Positions 9,017 to 18,958 of a stretch of 24,000 nucleotides of DNA are shown piece by piece. The stretch spans positions 45,745-69,744 of the forward strand of contig JAOACS010000010.1 of NCBI GenBank assembly GCA_026417655.1, in the 5' to 3' direction. The notes under the pieces were generated by a model. It did no database searches. It had not been told where the DNA came from and saw nothing but the letters and a program-made list of their open reading frames with translations. Origin of the DNA: Syntrophobacterales bacterium (GTDB lineage: Bacteria; Desulfobacterota; Syntrophobacteria; Syntrophobacterales; Thermodesulforhabdaceae). The position numbers and the translations under genes were made by a program. Numbering within the stretch: position 1 is the stretch's first letter; every line of letters begins with the position of its first letter.

Positions 9017-9122
9017 TTTCCCTACCTCCCCTAGTGCTCCCGAGTATTGGACGCTAGCTAGAAATTGGCTATGAGGTAAAACGCCTTATCACCCGGTAAA
9101 TTTAAAACCAAATTTTTTCAAG

Positions 9123-9455
9123 CTAATGTCTCGCTCCGGAAAGATTTAATCCCACCACGCCAATAATAATGAGTATTATGCTAACAATCTTTACAATGGT
9201 TATCGTCTCACGGAAAAAAAAGATGCCTATAAGGGTTATGATAGCCGTCCCAAGGCCAGACCATACGGCATAGGCGACACTTACCTCTATTTCCTTTAAT
9301 GCGAAGGTAAGTGCCATAAAAGAAGCGGCATAAAATAAAAACAAAAGTATAGATGGGATAAGCCTTGAGAAACCTTCAGAAAGCTTCATGGAAGTGGTGC
9401 CAGCTACTTCAAGAAGTATTGCCATAATGAGACAGATCCACGCCTTCACATTCAC
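9123..9455 (-). CDS. Small multidrug resistance (SMR/EmrE-like) transporter
   Basis: 110 aa, four hydrophobic segments, AWICLIMAILLEVAGTTSMKLSEGF and VSVAYAVWSGLGTAIITLIGIFFF motifs. Confidence 0.93.
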   Translation of the reverse strand: MNVKAWICLIMAILLEVAGTTSMKLSEGFSRLIPSILLFLFYAASFMALTFALKEIEVSVAYAVWSGLGTAIITLIGIFFFRETITIVKIVSIILIIIGVVGLNLSGARH

Positions 9456-9764
9456 CTCCCCTAGTCCGGTTGAGCAGCAAATTCTACCACTATATCAAGT
9501 TTTATCCTAGTAACACTTTTGTCAACACGGAATGAAGTAACAGCTTGACTCTGACAAAGGTAACCTAATTCGATAGCCCCGACTTAGTTGATTAAAAGCT
9601 TCCTTTATTTAATAATCCCTCTTTAAGACATTGTAAATCTTTCCCTTCTTAAGATCGTTCACTTTAAGAGGTATTTCTTAACATGGTTGTCCTTTACTCG
9701 TGAAACCATCAACTGAGGAGGCTCGACACTATAATACCTCCTTGAGGTGTTTATAAAACATAGC

Positions 9765-10916
9765 CTAAGCATTATGAAACTTCTCCCTGAACACCCTGAG
9801 GGCTCTCGCTACAGCATCATCCATATCGTAGTACCTATATTCGGCGAGCCTTCCCAAAGGGATTATTAAGGGAAAGGACCGAAGGAGTGATTCATAGGCT
9901 TCATAGGATCTTCGCGCCTCGGTTGTAAAAATAGGATAGCAGGGAACATCTTTGAGTATCTCATAATCCTTAGGGTATTCCTTTAATATCACAGTTCGTT
10001 TGGATTCCACAGTATGGATGTGTTTAAACTCCGTAATACGGGTAAAATTATAATCGTTTGGATAATTTACCGTTGCCACCTCCTGAAACCACGGTATTTC
10101 TAGCTCTTCAAAGTCGAATTTAAGCGATCTATAAGGAAGGGGTCCAAAACAGTAATCAAATAATTCATCGATTGGGCCAGTGTAAATAAGGGTTCCATGA
10201 AATTCTCTATCAAACACATAGACTTTACCATTTTGAAGCCGCCCTATTTCCCGAAAATCCGTATTAAGCAGGAGTTTTATCTTTGGATGATCAAGCATTC
10301 GCCTGATAAGCTCCGTATAGCCATATCTTGGAACACACTGATAACGATCATGAAAATAGCGGTCATCCTTTCCTATCACAATAGGAACCCGAGCGATTAC
10401 CGAAGGATCTATCTCCTCAGGTCGCTTACCCCATTGTTTAATGGTATAGCCAAGGAATACCTTTTCATAAACATACCGAGCAACAAATCGAACTTCCTCA
10501 TTTTGGTGGTTTAACAAATCGAGAACAGGCACTCTTATACCAATTTCGTAGTGATTTAACAAAATCTCCTGAACTCGCTTACTCAGGGCTTCTGGAAAAA
10601 GAATATCCATGGAGGTGAAATTAAAGGGGACAGGAACCTTTCTTCCATCAATAAGTGCCAGCACTCGATGCTGGTAAATATCCCATTCGGTAAATTGGGA
10701 AAGATATGAAAAAACCTCTTCGTCATCGGTATGAAATAGATGAGGACCGTAGCGATGAAGGATAATGCCATGACGATTTCTTTCATCATAGCAGTTTCCC
10801 CCGATGTGACCTCGCTTTTCTATAACAAGCACGGCTTCACCTAAGACCCGAGCAATGCGCTCAGAGATAACACTTCCAGAAAGCCCTGCCCCAACGACAA
10901 TGTATTTAAAGAACAT
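9765..10916 (-). CDS. glf: UDP-galactopyranose mutase
   Basis: VVGAGLSGSVISERIA, HIGGNCYDERNRHGIILHRYGPHLFHTDDEEVF, EKVFLGYTIKQWGKRPEEIDPSVIARVPIVIGKDDRYFHDRYQ, TGPIDELFDYCFGPLPYRSLKFD. Start revised to the ATG at 10916 (MFFKYIVVGAG) preceded by AAGGAG; the listed start is an ATT codon. Confidence 0.95.
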   Translation of the reverse strand: MFFKYIVVGAGLSGSVISERIARVLGEAVLVIEKRGHIGGNCYDERNRHGIILHRYGPHLFHTDDEEVFSYLSQFTEWDIYQHRVLALIDGRKVPVPFNFTSMDILFPEALSKRVQEILLNHYEIGIRVPVLDLLNHQNEEVRFVARYVYEKVFLGYTIKQWGKRPEEIDPSVIARVPIVIGKDDRYFHDRYQCVPRYGYTELIRRMLDHPKIKLLLNTDFREIGRLQNGKVYVFDREFHGTLIYTGPIDELFDYCFGPLPYRSLKFDFEELEIPWFQEVATVNYPNDYNFTRITEFKHIHTVESKRTVILKEYPKDYEILKDVPCYPIFTTEARRSYEAYESLLRSFPLIIPLGRLAEYRYYDMDDAVARALRVFREKFHNA

Positions 10917-11083
10917 TAATGGAACTCCTTGCAATGTGCTGGTTTAAGGGTTAAGGTATTTTTTAACTTATCAATTAGTGGACTTTTATACAACATTATC
11001 TTAAACTACCTATGGATCTAATCAAACAAAAGGGTTTATTTGGCCTGTAGAGATAACACTTACTATTTGGAAGGAATCACCCC

Positions 11084-11507
11084 ATGAGCCCCATTAAAAT
11101 CTGTGCTGTGGTAGTAACTTACAATACTGGAGATATGGATAAAAAGCATTCTTTAGGGGAAAAAGGAATACTTTGTCTGGGGAGATGATGTAGAGTATGC
11201 TAAAAGAATATGGGAAGCTGGTTTCTCTATATTTTACTTGAGAGAGAGTATTATCTACAATCCAGTTCAAGCTAAGCGGAAGGTAAACTTTCTCTGGAAG
11301 AAAAACATCATTATTATTGATTCCTCAAATTGGAAACAATACTATGATCTTCTTAATCATGTTCATATGCCTTCCAGAAGGGGACACTTTCTTAATATGA
11401 TTAATCAAATTTTTTGTTTGGAAGACCCGTGGGGCTTGAAGGGACTCACTTCTTATACTGAGGAACTTTTGGATGGGCTGATAGGAAGCTTGGGAAAACG
11501 TTACTAA
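11084..11507 (+). pseudogene. Remnant of a GT2 glycosyltransferase (possibly galactofuranosyl/rhamnosyltransferase-like)
   Basis: ATG at 11084 gives MSPIKICAVVVTYNTGDM (GT2 N-terminus), stopping at 11188. Another frame, open 11157-11507, gives EYFVWGDDVEYAKRIWEAGFSIFYLRESIIYNP...EELLDGLIGSLGKRY (GT2 C-terminal part). The intervening catalytic core is missing. Confidence 0.72.
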
Positions 11508-11515
11508 GAGGAAAA

Positions 11516-12888
11516 ATGATTATGAAAATTCTTCATGTGGGCTGGTGGACGATCGAGTATAGAAGGGCTGGGGGCTCCATTATCCACGTGGAAACGATCA
11601 TGGAAGAACTGGCAAAGCGAGCTTACCACAATATCTACTTCTGCGGTGGAAGATATAACCTCCTTTCTAAAAAAACTTATCTTAAAAGATGGCAAAAGCC
11701 TTCAACATGGGTGTATGAAGTAGTGAACTCACCAAATCTCATCTCATCCCATGAAACTGTAAACTTCCACATCGGAAATAAGATCTTAGAAGAGCTTTTT
11801 CAATCCCTTCTCGATAAAGAAAACCCTGACATTATCCACTTTCATGAACTAGAATCCCTCACGGGATCCTTACTTTCTATAGCCCGTGAAAGAAAGATTC
11901 CTTTTGTAGTAGGAGTTTGTAACTATTGGTACCTCTGTCCCCAAAGAGACTTATTCGAAAGGTCTGTAATGATTTTGAAGAGGGTAATAAGTGCGTAAGC
12001 TGTCGAATCTTGACACAGAATTCCAGACTTGTATGGATGTATGTTGGCTATGTAAGGAACACCTCAATAGGGAAAGGATTGGACCGATTTGCCAAACTCG
12101 TCTACAGGATATTAGCAAGGAGACAGAATTCTTCCGCCATACCACTAACTCTATCTTCCCATCTCTTCAAAAAAAGGAGGGAGTTTTTCATAGAAGAGCT
12201 CAACCACGCTCCCGCCATCATTTTTCCTAGCAAGCGGACACAAGAGATCTATGCCCAATATGGGGTAAAAAACAGTGCATCGTTTGTTATGACGGGGGTC
12301 AACAAAAACTACGGTCAAATTATCCCCAAACTACCTTTCCAACCGCAGGGCAGAAAGATTGTTTTCGGTTATGTGGGGAGTATATTAAAAACCAAAGGGG
12401 TTCACCTTATCCTCGATGCGGTAAAACTTCTTAAGACCTTGCAAGATTCCTTCGAGGTTTTCATTTTCGGTGGAGGGGACGAGACTTATATAGAAGAATT
12501 AAAAAAAAGGGCTCAAAGTAGTAATATCTTTTTCAAGGGTCCCTATAATCCTACCAATATTCAAAGGGTGCTTAATGCAATAGATGTTGCTATTGTGCCA
12601 TCTATTTGCGAAGATTGTGTGCCAATTGTTATTAATGAGCTAAAGCTTTCCAAAACTCCTATTATCGGAAGTAGAATTGGTGGCATTGGGGAAGCTATCC
12701 AAGATGGAATCAACGGTTTTTTATTTGAACCAGGTAATGTTAGAGAACTGGCTGGACACATGGAATCAATAATAAGAAAACCTTCAATAATTCGATCCCT
12801 TATGGAATCTACTGATTTTTCTTTTAATATGGAGGAATATATGGCTGATCTCATTAGAACATACGAAGATCTCATTAAATCCTCCTAA
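11516..12888 (+). pseudogene. GT4-family glycosyltransferase split by a frameshift near 11940-11985
   Basis: 11516-11998 encodes the N-terminal half (MKILHVGWWTIEYRRAGGSIIHVETIMEELAKR...FVVGVCNYWYLCPQRDLFERS). The other frame (11926-12888) continues with CNDFEEGNKCVSCRIL... and the GT4 C-terminal domain (IVFGYVGSILKTKGVHLILDA, SICEDCVPIVINELKLSKTPIIGSRIGGIGEAI). Confidence 0.78.
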
Positions 12889-13005
12889 ACTAATGGCTTA
12901 TGTTGATTCACGATTAAAGTTGATATACCCTTTTTAACTGAAAGCATTTGTGCCTTCATGTAATAGAGACAATGTCTTCACAGGTTTTTAGTTAAGGAGC
13001 CCTAG

Positions 13006-13911
13006 GTGGATATAAGGCTATGGTTTGTCAAAACCCTTTCAAAACATATACCCTTTTCAACATCTGGTGATGCGGTATTGTCTGGCGACTCTCCCCAATA
13101 TCTTGTCTCCTGTATCATCAATTTCTATGGAAGATTAAAGCTTACTGAGAATATCCTATGGTGCCTCAGCGAACAAACACTTTCCAAAGACTACTTTGAA
13201 GTAATACTTGTTGAAGATCGCGGGGGAACACCGGAAGGCAAAAAACTTGCAGAAAGCTTTGCTAAAATGCTTACCATCCAATATTTAGGTCTTCCAGAAC
13301 AATTTGGAGTAATAGCCTTTTCTAGAAATTACGGATTAAAACATGCAGGTGGGAAATTCATTTTATTTCTTGATGACGATACCGTAATACTCCAAAGGGA
13401 TTTTCTCGAAGTGCTCGTAGATGAATTCGAGAAATCTGGATCCGACGCAATAATTCCTCGAGGTGAAGCAAGTTTTTGCCTGTATCCTTCTCGCTACGCC
13501 TATCATGATCCATATTACCCATCGAGCCGTTGCATTGCCTATCGTAGAAAGGTTTTGAAGGAGCTCGGAGGGTTCATTTCTTTCATGATAGGTCAGGAAG
13601 ACGTGGAATTTACCTTTCGGTTCATTGCGACAGGTAGGACATATCATCGATCAAGAAGGCTTTCTTATTTTCACCCTCCCTTTATTGTAGACTCCCTAGA
13701 AAAAGCAAAAGCTGTTGGCATATCCTTTGCTAAACTAAAAAACCGATACCCCCTACCCCTTTGGTTACTCCTTATAGCAAATGGGCTACGTTTTCTTCCC
13801 TTCGCCTTCATACCCCCATCACCAGAACTTAAAATGTATGGAAGATTCAGTCTCGGTTTCCTCAAGGGGGTTATGGCTTGGTTTAGGGGAGAAAGGGCTG
13901 AATATAGGTAA
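13006..13911 (+). CDS. GT2-family glycosyltransferase
   Basis: VSCIINFYGRLKLTENILWCLSEQTLSKDYFEVILVEDRG, GLKHAGGKFILFLDDDTVI (DxD-type), FISFMIGQEDVEFTFR. GTG start with AAGGAG upstream. Confidence 0.85.
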   Translation: MDIRLWFVKTLSKHIPFSTSGDAVLSGDSPQYLVSCIINFYGRLKLTENILWCLSEQTLSKDYFEVILVEDRGGTPEGKKLAESFAKMLTIQYLGLPEQFGVIAFSRNYGLKHAGGKFILFLDDDTVILQRDFLEVLVDEFEKSGSDAIIPRGEASFCLYPSRYAYHDPYYPSSRCIAYRRKVLKELGGFISFMIGQEDVEFTFRFIATGRTYHRSRRLSYFHPPFIVDSLEKAKAVGISFAKLKNRYPLPLWLLLIANGLRFLPFAFIPPSPELKMYGRFSLGFLKGVMAWFRGERAEYR

Positions 13912-14028
13912 CATTAAGCCTCCATTTTTGTAAGTTCTTCCAGTTTCCTATTACAGAAACTATAAACACGAAAGAAGATAAAAGGATCTCCCTTACTTTC
14001 ATCCTAATGGTAGAAAGGATATGGACAA

Positions 14029-14598
14029 GTGAAAAGGATTCTACATCCTAGGGAAAGCGTTACTGAAGAGCCAAATTTCTTGAGGCGTCCTATCGGTGAA
14101 AATGAATGGAAAGAAATCCAAAAGAGCCTTAAAAACTACGTAAACTCCTCTAGCCCTGAACATATACTCCTAATGAAAGAAGTATCTTTAAGTATAGCCA
14201 GTAACATACACGAACTCGATAAGTTTATGGATCTACTCTGTGCGAAAACCTGCTACCTTTGTTCCGACATCTGTTGCCATGCTAGGGGCGTATTTTACAA
14301 CGAGGTGGATCTTCTTTTTCTCACCGTCTATGGAGATTTTTACCCCCCTAGCCAGACTCGTTCTTCCCAAGATCAGAAATTTTGTTCCTACTGGGAAAGT
14401 ACCAAAGGTTGCCTCCTCCCAAGGGTGTCTCGCCCTTATGTGTGCACCTGGTTTATCTGCGGTGATCAAGTGGCTGTTTTAGAATCACTTTTTGATGCTA
14501 AGACTCACCGTTACTTAAATGCACTCTATAACACTATACGCCACGGTAGACTTATCCTCGCATCCTTCTGCACCGAATTTTATTCAAAAAATATTTGA
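14029..14598 (+). CDS. Cysteine-rich uncharacterised protein, possibly YkgJ/zinc-iron-chelating-like
   Basis: 189 aa with the pattern LCAKTCYLCSDICCHARGVFYNEVDLLFL ... FCSYWESTKGCLLPRVSRPYVCTWFICG. GTG start. Confidence 0.6.
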   Translation: MKRILHPRESVTEEPNFLRRPIGENEWKEIQKSLKNYVNSSSPEHILLMKEVSLSIASNIHELDKFMDLLCAKTCYLCSDICCHARGVFYNEVDLLFLTVYGDFYPPSQTRSSQDQKFCSYWESTKGCLLPRVSRPYVCTWFICGDQVAVLESLFDAKTHRYLNALYNTIRHGRLILASFCTEFYSKNI

Positions 14599-14692
14599 CA
14601 AACTGAAACTTTATAGGTGTTATGAATTAAAAGGGATAAATTTTGGGGGGTTGCAATTAAAGGATGAATCCTAATAGAGCTAGGAGGTAGTA

Positions 14693-16654
14693 ATGAAGAA
14701 ACCGCTCTGGATACCATCAGAAGAACGTATCAAAAAGGCCAATATCACTGCATACATGAATTTTCTTTCTGAAAAACACGCAAAGCAGTCTTTCAACTCC
14801 TATAAAGAACTTTACGAATGGTCGATCAACAATATCCCCGATTTTTGGGCAAGTGTTTGGGATTTTTGCGGCATTGTTGCAAGTAAGCCCTACGATCAGG
14901 TTGTGGATGACCCTTTTAAGATGCCTGGTGCAAAATGGTTTCAGGGAGCGAGGTTAAATTTTGCGGAAAATCTTCTTAGATACCGCGACGAACGTACCGC
15001 CATTATCTTCGTAGGCGAAACCCAACAACGCAAAACCATAACCTACAGTGAACTTTACAAACTGGTCGGAAAAATCTCCCAGGCTTTAAGAAATATGGGA
15101 GTTAAACCTGGCGATAGGGTTGTTGCCTACATGCCAAATATGATAGAAACAGTAGCCTTCATGCTGGGAGCTACAAGTGTAGGAGCCATTTGGTCCTCCT
15201 GTGCTGCAGATATGGGACCCGAGGCTGTTTATGATCGCTTTGGACAGGTAGAACCCAAGGTTCTAGTAACAGTGGATGGCTATTTTTATAAAGGCAAACA
15301 GTTTGATACCTTTGCCAATGCCTTGAAGCTCGTAAGCAAGATCCCATCACTCCAAAAGGTTGTTGTTGCTTCCTATGCAGGCAATACTGTCGATCTTTCT
15401 CAGATGCCAAACGCCATAAGATTTGACGAATTTATTGGTAAAGAGGACGCCGATCCAGCCTTTGAACAGCTTCCCTTCGATCATCCCGTTTACATTATGT
15501 TCTCTTCTGGGACAACTGGAAAACCCAAATGCATGGTGCAAAGTGCAGGAGGGGTGTTAATAAATCATTTAAAAGAACTCATTATCCATTCGGATCTCAA
15601 GAGGGAAGATACGATATTTTATATAACAACCTGTAGCTGGATGATGTGGAATTGGCTCGTTAGCTCTCTCGCCGTAGGATCCACAATGGTTCTTTATGAT
15701 GGAAATCCCCTATACCCCGACGCATACGCCATGTGGCACATGGCTGAGAGGGAAGGCATAACAATTTTTGGTCTTAGCGCAAGCTACATTAATGCTCTTC
15801 GTAAGGAGGAGGTAAGCCCCGGTAAGAAATGTGATCTTTCCGCTCTTAAGCAAATTTCCCAAACAGGGTCACCTCTTTCAGCAGATGGTTTTGAGTATGT
15901 ATACTCGGATATCAAGAAGGATCTTCACTTTAACTCCATCTCCGGAGGAACCGACATCAACGGATGCTTTGCCATAGGAAGTCCAATTCAACCGGTCTAC
16001 GCAGGTGAATTGCAGGGTCCTGCTTTGGGAATGAAGGTTAAGGCCTATGATGAGAATGCAAATCCTATCTGGGATCGTGAGGGAGAATTAGTTTGTGAAG
16101 CCGCTGCACCTTCAATGCCTCTTTACTTTTGGAACGATCCCGATGGGGCCAAATACCGTGGAGCCTACTTCGACTTCTTTACCGGTAAAAATGTCTGGAG
16201 GCATGGGGATTACGTCATATTTCACTCTGATACGGGGGGCATCACATTCCTTGGTCGTTCCGATTCAGTCCTAAAGCCCTCTGGCGTCCGCATAGGTACT
16301 GCCGAAATCTACAATCAGGTAGAAAATATCCCTGAAATCGCAGACAGCCTTGCTATAGGCCAGAATTGGCAAAACGACCAAAGGATAGTCCTATTTGTAA
16401 AAATGAAGGAAGGTTACAAACTCACTGAGGAAATTAAAGACAAGATAAGAACTACTCTCAGGAAGAACGCTTCTCCAAGACACGTTCCTGCTAAGATCAT
16501 AGAAGTTCCCGATATCCCTTACACGAGGAATATGAAAAAAGTGGAAAGCGCTGTGACAAATCTTATCCATGGTCGTCCTGTAACTAACGTGGAAGCTCTT
16601 ATAAATCCAGAGTGTTTAGAATATTTCAAGAACTTACCCGACCTAGAAACGTAA
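14693..16654 (+). CDS. aacS: Acetoacetyl-CoA synthetase (acetoacetate--CoA ligase)
   Basis: ANL superfamily motif IMFSSGTTGKPKCMVQSAGG; family-typical PLWIPS...FWASVWDFCGI, PFKMPGAKWFQGARLNFAENLL, TTCSWMMWNWLVSSL, NSISGGTDINGCF, GVRIGTAEIYNQVE. Confidence 0.93.
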   Translation: MKKPLWIPSEERIKKANITAYMNFLSEKHAKQSFNSYKELYEWSINNIPDFWASVWDFCGIVASKPYDQVVDDPFKMPGAKWFQGARLNFAENLLRYRDERTAIIFVGETQQRKTITYSELYKLVGKISQALRNMGVKPGDRVVAYMPNMIETVAFMLGATSVGAIWSSCAADMGPEAVYDRFGQVEPKVLVTVDGYFYKGKQFDTFANALKLVSKIPSLQKVVVASYAGNTVDLSQMPNAIRFDEFIGKEDADPAFEQLPFDHPVYIMFSSGTTGKPKCMVQSAGGVLINHLKELIIHSDLKREDTIFYITTCSWMMWNWLVSSLAVGSTMVLYDGNPLYPDAYAMWHMAEREGITIFGLSASYINALRKEEVSPGKKCDLSALKQISQTGSPLSADGFEYVYSDIKKDLHFNSISGGTDINGCFAIGSPIQPVYAGELQGPALGMKVKAYDENANPIWDREGELVCEAAAPSMPLYFWNDPDGAKYRGAYFDFFTGKNVWRHGDYVIFHSDTGGITFLGRSDSVLKPSGVRIGTAEIYNQVENIPEIADSLAIGQNWQNDQRIVLFVKMKEGYKLTEEIKDKIRTTLRKNASPRHVPAKIIEVPDIPYTRNMKKVESAVTNLIHGRPVTNVEALINPECLEYFKNLPDLET

Positions 16655-16678
16655 TTCATTCCCTTTCAGGAAAAGGAG

Positions 16679-16705
16679 TGCAGGGGAGCCCCACTCTCCC
16701 CTGCA
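16679..16705 (+). terminator. Hairpin downstream of aacS, probable terminator
   Basis: Perfect 10-bp inverted repeat TGCAGGGGAG (16679-16688) / CTCCCCTGCA (16696-16705) followed by AGAATCTTT (weak U-tract). Confidence 0.6.
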
Positions 16706-16786
16706 AGAATCTTTACTTCCCTACCTTCGTCGTAATATTTTCAAATCATCAGGAAAGATAAAACAATAAAGGAATAGGAGGAGGAT

Positions 16787-17551
16787 ATGAAAATTATAAC
16801 CCATCAGGACTTTTTAAGGCCCTACACTCGTGATCCTGCAGCGGCTCCAGGGCGCCTCGAACCTATACTTGAAGAGCTAAAAAAGGACGGTTACGAATTC
16901 ATTGAAGCTCTTCCCGCCGGATGGGACGATATCGCCAAAGCGCATACAAAGGATCACATAGATCGGGTTACCCGTCATGGACTTTATGCTATTTCTGCTC
17001 TGGCAGCCGGCGGAGCGATTCAAGCAGCGGAAATCGGTTTGACAGAACCAACTTTCGCAGTGATCCGTCCTCCAGGGCATCATGCCTCCTCTGACAGTTC
17101 CTGGGGATTTTGTTTCTTCAACAACATAGCCATAGCCATTGAATTTTTAAAACAAAGCGGTAGGATTCAAACCGCCCACATTCTCGATTTTGATCTTCAC
17201 TACGGAGATGGCACCGTAAATATTCTTGGCTCTAAAGGTTACGTTACAATCCATAACCCTGAAGGATCAACAAGGGAAATGTATCTTAAATCGATAAGGA
17301 GTCAGCTCTGGAATGTAACACCCGATGTTATAGCAGTATCTGCTGGATTCGATAATCATGTGCAGGATTGGGGAGGGCTTCTCACAACGGAGGATTACTA
17401 TGAAATTGGCAAAATGATCTTCACCAGAGCAAAAGAACTAGGGGCTGGAACCTTTGCTGTTCTTGAGGGTGGATACAACCACGACGTCCTTGGAATTAAT
17501 GTGAGAGCCTTCGTTCAGGGACTTTGCGGAAGAGATTTTAACCTTAGGTAG
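16787..17551 (+). CDS. Histone deacetylase-family (AcuC/AphA-like) metal-dependent hydrolase
   Basis: VIRPPGHHASSDSSWGFCFFNNIAIAIEF, HILDFDLHYGDGTVNILG, VSAGFDNHVQDWGGLLTTEDYYEIG, LEGGYNHDVLG; AGGAGGAGG RBS. Confidence 0.93.
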   Translation: MKIITHQDFLRPYTRDPAAAPGRLEPILEELKKDGYEFIEALPAGWDDIAKAHTKDHIDRVTRHGLYAISALAAGGAIQAAEIGLTEPTFAVIRPPGHHASSDSSWGFCFFNNIAIAIEFLKQSGRIQTAHILDFDLHYGDGTVNILGSKGYVTIHNPEGSTREMYLKSIRSQLWNVTPDVIAVSAGFDNHVQDWGGLLTTEDYYEIGKMIFTRAKELGAGTFAVLEGGYNHDVLGINVRAFVQGLCGRDFNLR

Positions 17552-17763
17552 GGTAAAAAAGGGCGATAAATAAGCATCCCTATAGAGAGACTTAAAATAC
17601 AATAGCAGCAAAGTAACTACCAATTATTACAGGGTTTCATAACTTTCGATTTGACCAATTAAACTGATTTCAATATGATTAAACCCACTATTTATTCTTT
17701 TTGTAAGGATGAACCTAAGGGGAAGCGGAAATTGGGCTTTTCAAAAAAAAGGAGCATTTTAAA

Positions 17764-18927
17764 ATGAAGATTCATGAGTATCAGGCAAAGGAGCTTTTTT
17801 CAAAGTATGGTGTTACGGTTCCGAGGGGAGGTGTAGCCTTTACCGCTCATGAAGCTTTAGAGGTGGCAAAAACCCTAGGAGGATATCCCGTTGTATTAAA
17901 AGCACAAATCCACGCTGGAGGTCGAGGAAAGGGTGGAGGTGTTAAGTTAGCTTTTTCGGAGGAGGAAGTAAAACAATATGCCAGCGAACTAATAGGCATG
18001 AGACTTGTAACGCACCAGACAGGTCCTGAGGGCAAAATAGTTCGGAAAATTCTCGTAGAAGAGGGCCTACCCATCGTTCAGGAACTCTATCTAGGAATGC
18101 TTCCCGATCGTCGAACTGGGACTATTGCTATCATGGCAAGTCTTGCTGGAGGCATGGACATAGAGGAGGTAGCAGCTAAGGAACCCGAAAAAATTATCAC
18201 CGTAAATGTTGATCCCCTTCTCGGTCTCCAACCTTTTCACATTCGACAATTTGTTTATGGTCTAAAGCTTTCGTCCGATATAGCGAAGGCTTTTACTACT
18301 ATGATCACTAATCTCTATCGGCTTTTTATAGACTACGATTGTTCCCTTGTTGAAATTAACCCTCTCGTTATAACATCCGATCAGCGACTTATAGCTTTGG
18401 ATGCTAAAGTCAACTTTGATGATAATGGTCTCTTTCGACACAAGGATATTTTGGCATATCGAGACCTTGATGAAGAAGATCCCTTTGAAGTGGAAGCTTC
18501 CAAGTATAACCTTAACTATATAAAGATGGACGGTAACATTGGAAACATGGTAAACGGTGCAGGTCTTGCCATGGCTACAATGGATCTCATAAAACTTGCT
18601 GGGGCAGAACCAGCAAACTTCCTTGACGTAGGTGGCGGAGCCAGTGCGGAAATGGTGGAAAACGGTTTTAGAATTATTTTGAGCGATCCCAACGTAAAGG
18701 GTGTGCTTATAAATATCTTCGGTGGGATCCTTCGATGTGATGTGCTAGCTCAAGGAATTGTCGAAGCTGCGAAAAAAGTGGAGGTTAAAGTTCCTGTGGT
18801 GATAAGAATGGAAGGAACCAATGTAGAAAAGGGAAGAGAAATTCTTCAACAGTCGGGTTTAAACCTTATTGTTGCAACGGATCTAAACGACGCAGCTCAA
18901 AAAATTGCCGCCATAGCCAAATCATAA
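17764..18927 (+). CDS. sucC: ADP-forming succinate--CoA ligase beta subunit
   Basis: [67 protein letters not shown]-like region ([24 protein letters not shown]). Confidence 0.97.
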   Translation: MKIHEYQAKELFSKYGVTVPRGGVAFTAHEALEVAKTLGGYPVVLKAQIHAGGRGKGGGVKLAFSEEEVKQYASELIGMRLVTHQTGPEGKIVRKILVEEGLPIVQELYLGMLPDRRTGTIAIMASLAGGMDIEEVAAKEPEKIITVNVDPLLGLQPFHIRQFVYGLKLSSDIAKAFTTMITNLYRLFIDYDCSLVEINPLVITSDQRLIALDAKVNFDDNGLFRHKDILAYRDLDEEDPFEVEASKYNLNYIKMDGNIGNMVNGAGLAMATMDLIKLAGAEPANFLDVGGGASAEMVENGFRIILSDPNVKGVLINIFGGILRCDVLAQGIVEAAKKVEVKVPVVIRMEGTNVEKGREILQQSGLNLIVATDLNDAAQKIAAIAKS

Positions 18928-18958
18928 CGAAGGAAAACCGTGGAAGGAGAGAAGAAAG

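Noticed and set aside
9456-9764. Intergenic stretch between the SMR gene and glf examined for a small RNA, tRNA or gene remnant
   Set aside because: Only weak short repeats (e.g. GGAGG...CCTCC) and no recognisable protein, tRNA or riboswitch motif.
11930-11985. Programmed -1 ribosomal frameshift in the GT4 gene
   Set aside because: No slippery heptamer in the correct phase and no obvious downstream pseudoknot; a mutation or sequencing error is the simpler explanation.
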